Assembly (NCBI GenBank): GCA_003962975.1
Contig: RXKC01000014.1
Location: forward strand, 898 to 64,897
DNA from: Candidatus Saccharimonadota bacterium
GTDB lineage: Bacteria > Patescibacteriota > Saccharimonadia > Saccharimonadales > AWTP1-31
Length of the DNA: 64,000 bases
Direction of reading: 5' to 3'
In this document: positions 59,193 to 64,000 of the stretch, in pieces
Numbering within the stretch: the stretch's first letter is position 1
Layout: each line of letters begins with the position of its first letter
Made by a program: the position numbers and the translations under genes
Notes under the pieces: generated by a model
The model's input: the letters and a program-made list of their open reading frames with translations, nothing else
Database searches by the model: none
Told to the model about the DNA's origin: nothing

Positions 59193-59728
59193 TGCGAATT
59201 ATTGCAGGAACACTTGGCAGTCGACAGTTTAATTCACCAAAGGGTCGTGCCACGCACCCGATGGGTGATCGCATCCGAACTGCCTTATTCAATACGCTTG
59301 GTGATATTAGCGGACTTTCTGTTCTAGATGCTTTTGGCGGCAGTGGCGCTCTCGCCTTTGAGGCCATAAGTCGCGGGGCAAAAGAAGCCCTCGTTCTCGA
59401 AATCGATCGTGATGCATACGAGATCATAGAAGAAAACATTGAAAAGCTTGATCTTAGTCAGCAGATAAAGCTCATGCACATCAATGCCAGGTCTTGGTCG
59501 TACCGCAATAATACTGAGCGCTTTGACTTGGTGTTTTGTGATCCGCCCTATGACCAGCTTCAAGAAACAATCTTGGAAAAGATAGCAAAACATGCCAAAC
59601 CCGGCGGACTTGTTGTGTACTCTTTACCACCACACGCCGACATTAGATTGCCTAAAGAAATGTATGAGTTGGTAACCACAAAAGCTTACGGCGATGCAAT
59701 GCTAGCTTTTTACCGCAAAATATCATAG
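59192..59728 (+). CDS. rsmD: 16S rRNA (guanine966-N2)-methyltransferase RsmD
   Basis: MRIIAG...RPT..R.REALFN-type N-terminus and a DPPY motif. The ATG overlaps the upstream stop (TAATG). Confidence 0.88.
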   Translation: MRIIAGTLGSRQFNSPKGRATHPMGDRIRTALFNTLGDISGLSVLDAFGGSGALAFEAISRGAKEALVLEIDRDAYEIIEENIEKLDLSQQIKLMHINARSWSYRNNTERFDLVFCDPPYDQLQETILEKIAKHAKPGGLVVYSLPPHADIRLPKEMYELVTTKAYGDAMLAFYRKIS

Positions 59729-59752
59729 AATGTCATCTGTTACATTACTCAT

Positions 59753-59837
59753 GCGCGAGTGGTGGAATTGGTAGACACGCTAGCCTTAGGAGCTAGTGCC
59801 GCAAGGCGTGAAGGTTCAAGTCCTTTCTCGCGCACCA
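59753..59837 (+). tRNA. tRNA-Leu (anticodon UAG), long variable arm, CCA encoded
   Basis: A manual cloverleaf fold gives a 7-bp acceptor (GCGCGAG/CTCGCGC), a D-arm GTG/CAC with an AATTGGTAGA loop, an anticodon stem CTAGC/GCTAG with loop CT-TAG-GA, a variable arm TGCCGCAAGGCGTG, a T-arm with a TTCAAGT loop, discriminator A, and CCA. Confidence 0.9.
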
Positions 59838-59843
59838 AACTAG

Positions 59844-59866
59844 AAACCGGCTCTTGCCGGTTTTTT
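59844..59866 (+). terminator. Rho-independent terminator after tRNA-Leu
   Basis: AAACCGGC-tctt-GCCGGTTT followed by TTTG. Confidence 0.75.
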
Positions 59867-59910
59867 GTTTCGCTCCATAATACAGCCCGGTTACTATACC
59901 TGCTTGTGCT

Positions 59911-59938
59911 TTGACCATAGATAGAGAGCGTTTATTAT
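59911..59938 (+). promoter_or_regulatory. Sigma70-like promoter giving a leaderless transcript of the EPT-fold gene
   Basis: TTGACC (59911-59916), a 16-nt spacer, then TATTAT (59933-59938). The ATG at 59947 is 8 nt downstream, with no SD. Confidence 0.5.
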
Positions 59939-59946
59939 GATTACCT

Positions 59947-60888
59947 ATGTCCACTTCTCCAGAGAACCTCGTACCGGCCGCTTTGATTGCCGAGAATAAA
60001 TCAGATCCTATTAGGCGCATTGCGCTGGCTTTAAACACTCTCAATTCAGAAGAGCGAGCACACAACCTGGGTCAAGTTATTACCGCAATCCGTGAAGACG
60101 ATACAGATCGTTTGGCAGTAAATCGTCCAGATGATATTGTGGCGGCCGCAGCTGTCGGGGAGGGCTGGGAAAGTAGAGTACCCGTGCCCGTCGGTGAGTC
60201 TGGCACATTGTTTCGCATTTTCAGTTACTTTGATGAGGACGAATACCAAACATGGCATTCGTGGCCACACCGAACATTTTTGCGTACCGGCACGCTACGC
60301 ACACGGCCTATAACCCCCGCTGCTGAGATTTACAGACTGCCTCAAGCTGAATTATTAAAAGTAGATAACGGCACTTCTCAGTATGCAACTGCCGCTGTGC
60401 TTTGCGGTGACAGTGAACGACTAGCCAACGCCCCATACCGACTACAGCAAACCTACGATATATATGACTCATGGCTGGGCAATGGACGTCAACTTGATTG
60501 GTCAGCCCCACTTATTGAAGACGAAACCATACGCTTGCAAGCAGAAGCAATGGCTCGGTTAGCTCTGGGCAAGGGTTTAGATTTTGAAGTTCGCCATAGC
60601 GAAGATGTGCCTTTGGGTATTGCCTTTGGTTTGATCAGCTTAGACGAAGCCGCCCAACGTTTTCCTAGTGTGATTGGTCATGAGAGCAATCGCATAGTAG
60701 AGATGAGACGTGGCCTCGAACTGTACAAGAATGGCGTAGCGATTGACTCGCCTGACCACAGAGTTGTGCAAGCACTCACTCTGCTTGCTCTTGCTCAAGA
60801 AAAACCAATCACTGTTACAAATCTCGGTTGCGTGGCAAAATCATGGCCACTTTTTTACGATTTTGTTAGCTTTTTGAAAGCTCAGTAG
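59947..60888 (+). CDS. Shortened, divergent enolpyruvyl-transferase-fold protein (EPSP synthase/MurA-like)
   Basis: It is collinear with AroA landmarks: SDPIRRIALALNTL vs SKSVSNRALLLAAL; GESGTLFRI vs GNAGTAMRP; TSQYATAAVL vs SSQFLTALLM; HESNRIVEM vs KETDRLFAM; DHRVVQALTLLAL...VAKSWPLFYDFV vs DHRMAMCFSLVAL...TAKTFPDYFEQL. It has only 313 aa (AroA has about 427), and the Lys of the SKS motif is absent. Confidence 0.6.
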   Translation: MSTSPENLVPAALIAENKSDPIRRIALALNTLNSEERAHNLGQVITAIREDDTDRLAVNRPDDIVAAAAVGEGWESRVPVPVGESGTLFRIFSYFDEDEYQTWHSWPHRTFLRTGTLRTRPITPAAEIYRLPQAELLKVDNGTSQYATAAVLCGDSERLANAPYRLQQTYDIYDSWLGNGRQLDWSAPLIEDETIRLQAEAMARLALGKGLDFEVRHSEDVPLGIAFGLISLDEAAQRFPSVIGHESNRIVEMRRGLELYKNGVAIDSPDHRVVQALTLLALAQEKPITVTNLGCVAKSWPLFYDFVSFLKAQ

Positions 60889-60935
60889 CAGACACAGGTC
60901 ACTTACGTTAGACTCGCTATCTGTATATTGGTACT

Positions 60936-61397
60936 ATGTCGCATATGAGTAAAGATACCCCGAACAACATACAAATCGAGCTACACGTACCAGATTTTGC
61001 TACCGTGCATTCTTTTTACGGTGACACACTTGGGTTCATGCCAGTCTGGGAGAGGACAGAAGGGAATAGCGGCGACTATCTAGTAATGGAGCGCGAAGGT
61101 ACAATTATCAGTTTTTGGCCTGGTAATGAAACCGTTACTCAGCAATCTTACTTTAATCGTTTTCCGGCCAACACTAAACGTGGTTTTGGCGTTGAAATTG
61201 TCATACCAGTTAAAAATGTTCGTGAGTTTCATGACAACATTAAAGACACAGTGAACATTGTTAACCCACTCGTAAAACGTCCGTGGGGTTTATGGGACTT
61301 TCGTATTGAAGATCCGTTTGGCTTTTACCTAAGGATTACCGAACACCACGATATAAAAGATACAAAGTACTCTGTATCAACTGACTTTTCTGATTAG
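60936..61397 (+). CDS. VOC-family protein (glyoxalase / bleomycin-resistance type)
   Basis: The paired beta-alpha-beta-beta-beta modules LHVPDFATVHSFYGDTLGF and RPWGLWDFRIEDPFGFYLRI resemble bleomycin-binding / glyoxalase-fold proteins. Confidence 0.8.
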   Translation: MSHMSKDTPNNIQIELHVPDFATVHSFYGDTLGFMPVWERTEGNSGDYLVMEREGTIISFWPGNETVTQQSYFNRFPANTKRGFGVEIVIPVKNVREFHDNIKDTVNIVNPLVKRPWGLWDFRIEDPFGFYLRITEHHDIKDTKYSVSTDFSD

Positions 61398-61398
61398 T

Positions 61399-61424
61399 TG
61401 TCTATGGTTTAGATACCATAGACA
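61399..61424. terminator. Perfect 10-bp hairpin between convergent genes
   Basis: TGTCTATGGT-ttagat-ACCATAGACA lies in the 46-nt gap between the VOC gene (+) and the membrane-protein gene (-). There is no clear U-tract. Confidence 0.5.
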
Positions 61425-61443
61425 GGCGGGTGCAAATAAGGGC

Positions 61444-62130
61444 CTATTTTCCTTTGAGTTCGAGGTAGCGGATAGCAGGAGCTACTGAGTAACCAATCCC
61501 AAGCAATGATGCAACGACTGCGCCGACCACTGGTGAGATAAAGCCCAAAATTTGACCGATAATACCGAGTAAGATCGTCACACCAATAACTCCCCAGATG
61601 GCTCCGGCATTACCTTTAGATAGTTCCGAGCTGCGCTTCATTGACTCAACTACACCAAGATTTTCTGACACCATGACATATGGAGCCAAGAAAAGGCGAG
61701 TAATTGCGATGAAACCAGGAACAATTAGGAGCACAAAACCTAGGACAATAACCAGGCCAGACAGAATACTGAGGCCGAGGTACTTGAGCGTAAATTTACG
61801 AGCTGTTTCTGTGAGTTCATTGAGATTGGCAGTTTTATCTTGAGCTGCCTTCAGGACTAGTCCTAGTGCCATAGTCTGTAGCACCAATGAGATGATGCCC
61901 AAGATTAAAGCCACAGCTGGTGCCATACCAAGAGCAGATTGAAACAGTAGCCCTGGGCTGAGGCTGCTGCCTACTTCAACTTCTTTACTATTAACAGCGC
62001 TTAGGACAGTCATTAACAGTGGTGCACTAGAAACAAGTGCAAATAATGGAAGATTCTTGCTCACAAGCTCAAAACTTCTCGGTACAAGGTCAAAAGCACT
62101 TGTTGTTTGTCGTGGTTGCGGTTCGGCCAT
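61444..62130 (-). CDS. Multi-pass membrane protein, unknown function
   Basis: 228 aa with about 5-6 TM helices rich in Gly/Ile/Leu; no motif recognised. Confidence 0.55.
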   Translation of the reverse strand: MAEPQPRQTTSAFDLVPRSFELVSKNLPLFALVSSAPLLMTVLSAVNSKEVEVGSSLSPGLLFQSALGMAPAVALILGIISLVLQTMALGLVLKAAQDKTANLNELTETARKFTLKYLGLSILSGLVIVLGFVLLIVPGFIAITRLFLAPYVMVSENLGVVESMKRSSELSKGNAGAIWGVIGVTILLGIIGQILGFISPVVGAVVASLLGIGYSVAPAIRYLELKGK

Positions 62131-62173
62131 AGGTAACTCCTATATATTATTGTTAATTTTGATTATGCTCCCT

Positions 62174-62191
62174 GTTGCACGCAAGTGCAAC
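62174..62191. promoter_or_regulatory. Perfect 7-4-7 palindrome abutting the -35 box (candidate operator)
   Basis: GTTGCAC-gcaa-GTGCAAC ends 1 nt before the -35 hexamer at 62193. It is also 44 nt upstream of the divergent membrane-protein gene. Confidence 0.4.
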
Positions 62192-62192
62192 A

Positions 62193-62221
62193 TTGGCAGA
62201 AAAATAGTTTGGTGGTATAAT
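62193..62221 (+). promoter_or_regulatory. Strong sigma70-like promoter
   Basis: TTGGCA (62193-62198), a 17-nt spacer, then TG-g-TATAAT (62213-62221). This is the closest match to consensus that I found in the window. Confidence 0.6.
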
Positions 62222-62228
62222 ACACAAC

Positions 62229-62285
62229 ATGATTTTAACTAATCGTCTACATCACTTGCATATTTTGCCGGAGCAGCACGGTTAG
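62229..62285 (+). CDS. Candidate leaderless leader peptide MILTNRLHHLHILPEQHG (4 His codons in 18)
   Basis: The ATG lies 7 nt after the -10, at the expected TSS. His codons are at 62250, 62253, 62259 and 62277. An intrinsic terminator follows 32 nt after the stop. This is hypothetical. Confidence 0.25.
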   Translation: MILTNRLHHLHILPEQHG

Positions 62286-62316
62286 TTTTCTTTTGCCTAG
62301 AATTCTCTAGAACAAC

Positions 62317-62342
62317 AAACGCCGGCACTGCCCGGCGTTTTT
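62317..62342 (+). terminator. Intrinsic terminator between the promoter and the hisI-like gene (candidate attenuator)
   Basis: AAACGCCGG-cactgc-CCGGCGTTT plus TT. The stem is GC-rich and followed by a 5-T run. No plus-strand gene lies upstream for it to terminate. Confidence 0.65.
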
Positions 62343-62369
62343 AGTTTTGTAAACACTTTCAATGTAGTA

Positions 62370-63044
62370 ATGGAGAACTCTATGAAATTTAATTCACAAG
62401 AATCAGATCCGTCAGCAATGCGGATCGAAGACTGGCGGCGTGCTCTGTCATACGACGATATCGTCGGTCCAGTCTATAATCAACGCGATGATCAATGGTA
62501 TATCGATCCTCGATCACGTACTAATCGCAACGCTAGCATGAGCCTCGTGGTTGGCATTCCATTTGAGCCCAGCATTGGGCTATACCGTATACCCAACGAG
62601 ATAGCCCTACAATTAGGGCTTGTTCGTGCAGAGCCTGTTGCGACGCCCCCTATGACAGGGCTAGCCTTACGAGAAATTTTTTCGTCGAGCGAACTAGACT
62701 TTAGTAAACTAACGACTCCAGACAGCGCTGTCGAACTTGTCACAGCGATTGCAGTCGACGAAGGCAAGTTGATGAACGGTGGTATTGGTGCAGGTATACG
62801 CATGGTAGGCTACGTCACTCGCGAAGCGGTAGATATGACATTTGAAAAGGGCCTAGCAACCTTTTACTCTCGTTCTCGCGATGAACTTTGGACAAAAGGC
62901 GAATCTAGTGGGAATACGCTAACTGTTCAACGAGTTCTGGCTGACTGTGATTTAGACACAGTTCTGTATGATGTCATCGCCAGTGGACCAAGTTGTCACA
63001 CCGGCATGAATTCTTGCTTCGAAATAAATACAGCCGAGCAATAA
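62370..63044 (+). CDS. hisI: Phosphoribosyl-AMP cyclohydrolase (HisI) domain protein with a ~115-aa unknown N-terminal extension
   Basis: The C-terminal ~105 aa match HisI (FYSRSRDELWTKGESSGNTLTVQRVLADCDLDTVLYDVIASGPSCHTGMNSCF) with the metal-binding Cys and Asp pattern intact. The start may be the ATG at 62382, which is preceded by GGAG. Confidence 0.8.
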   Translation: MENSMKFNSQESDPSAMRIEDWRRALSYDDIVGPVYNQRDDQWYIDPRSRTNRNASMSLVVGIPFEPSIGLYRIPNEIALQLGLVRAEPVATPPMTGLALREIFSSSELDFSKLTTPDSAVELVTAIAVDEGKLMNGGIGAGIRMVGYVTREAVDMTFEKGLATFYSRSRDELWTKGESSGNTLTVQRVLADCDLDTVLYDVIASGPSCHTGMNSCFEINTAEQ

Positions 63045-63120
63045 CAAATTCCTGCGAGCTGCTTGCACTATTCTTGTGTGGGCAGCTTTTGCAGTACAAT
63101 AGGAGTAACTATGGCACTAT

Positions 63121-64000
63121 CCACCAAACCGTATAAAGGCGCCCGCGATTTTTATCCCGAAGATAAGCGTCTACAAAAATATATTCTGAACACCTGGCGA
63201 AAAGCGGTAGAGCGTTTTGGCTACCAAGAGTACGACGCACCCCTACTTGAAAGCCTGGAGCTCTATAAAGCTAAGTCTGGTGAAGAGATCGTCAGCGAGC
63301 AAACCTACACTTTCACCGATCGCGGTGGCCGCGAAGTAGTAATTCGTCCTGAAATGACACCTACCGTTAGCCGCATGGTCGCCGCTAAGCGACAAGAGCT
63401 AGCCTATCCCGTTCGTTGGTATAGCATTCCAAACTTGTGGCGCTACGAACGTGCCCAGCGTGGTCGTTTGCGCGAACACTGGCAGCTTAATGTTGATGTG
63501 TTTGGCATTGACGGTATTGAGGCTGAGCACGAAATGATCCTGGTCACTGATGCCATCATGAGAGAATTCGGTGCTACCCGTGGCATGTACACCATCAACA
63601 TCAACAGCCGTCAGCTTATGGACTACATCATGAAAGACTACCTCGGGCTAGATTCTGTCCAGGTGCACACCCTGTCCAAGCTTATTGACCGTATGCACAA
63701 AATGGCACATGCAGAATTTGTGGCTGATGCAGATGCATTGTTTACACCTTCTCAGCGAGACGCTGGTGCCAGTGAGAAACTGCTGACAATCTTGGGCGCA
63801 AAGCAGTTATCTGATTTACCGGATCAAATTCAAAGCAGCGAAGCTGCTCAGGAACTGTCTTCATTGCTGACTATGGCTGAAGCAGCGGGCGTGACCAATA
63901 CAGTCTTCGACATCACGATCATGCGTGGCTTTGACTATTACACCGGGGTTGTGTTTGAAGTAGCTGACACTGACCCAGAAAATAACCGCTCTATGGCCGG
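63121..64000 (+). CDS. hisS: Histidine--tRNA ligase, N-terminal ~293 codons; the 3' end lies outside the window
   Basis: ATG preceded by AGGAG. Class II motifs are present (VIRPEMTPTVSRM; WRYERAQRGRLREHWQLNVDVFG). The gene is absent from the ORF track because it runs off the window. Confidence 0.93.

Noticed and set aside
59793-60065. A 90-aa minus-strand ORF.
   Set aside because: It overlaps the tRNA-Leu gene and its terminator and runs antisense into the EPT-fold gene, so it is spurious.
59753-63044. A tRNA-Leu-flanked genomic island covering the EPT-fold, VOC, membrane-protein and hisI-like genes.
   Set aside because: There is no integrase or recombinase and no direct repeat of the tRNA 3' end downstream. 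I saw no obvious compositional break by eye. This remains only a loose possibility.
1-64000. CRISPR arrays, rRNA genes, prophage or integrase genes, and toxin-antitoxin pairs.
   Set aside because: I saw no regularly spaced direct repeats and no rRNA-like sequence. I saw no phage structural or integrase genes, and no small overlapping gene pairs with toxin or antitoxin motifs. This was a reading of the ORF translations and intergenic regions, not an exhaustive computational scan.

Overview
The window is a densely packed, mostly co-directional stretch of chromosome from a small-genome bacterium. By eye it is mid-GC. It uses the standard genetic code, since many well-supported genes end in TGA.

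I can support about 60 CDS, one tRNA-Leu(UAG) and one compact IS200/IS605-type insertion sequence. I saw no rRNA and no CRISPR array. The main gene groups are:
- Translation, replication and repair: pheT, gatCAB, tyrS, hisS, rplS, nusA, dnaE, uvrB, recG, radA, rnhB.
- A glycolysis / non-oxidative pentose-phosphate cluster: gap, rpiB, rpe-like, split transketolase, class II fba, a PfkB kinase.
- Redox genes: a glutaredoxin-like protein and trxB.
- A cluster of phosphohydrolases: GlpQ, a family I PPase, a DHH protein, two NUDIX proteins.
- Envelope genes: PBP1A, galU, a lone PilB-type ATPase.
- Many membrane-anchored hypothetical proteins.

The split transketolase, the scarcity of biosynthetic genes, the lone pilB and the many anchored unknowns suggest a Patescibacteria/CPR organism, Saccharibacteria-like. 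This is inference only.

I did not recognise a complete known defence or secretion system. These items seem most worth a second look:
1. A 579-bp IS200/IS605 element has inserted precisely and in frame into a FtsK/HerA/coupling-protein-type ATPase, inside a small accessory cassette of unknowns.
2. A strong promoter is followed by a leaderless His-codon-rich mini-ORF and an intrinsic terminator, upstream of an orphan HisI-domain gene and hisS. This looks like an attenuator.
3. A shortened EPSP-synthase/MurA-fold protein sits next to a bleomycin-resistance-type VOC protein, just after the tRNA-Leu.
4. A near-perfect CIRCE operator lies in front of clpC.
5. A promoter-equipped ~100-codon ORF is interrupted by a single in-frame TGA.
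6. A ~91-nt hairpin closed by a 13-bp perfect inverted repeat lies downstream of fba.
7. Several genes have leaderless-mRNA geometry.
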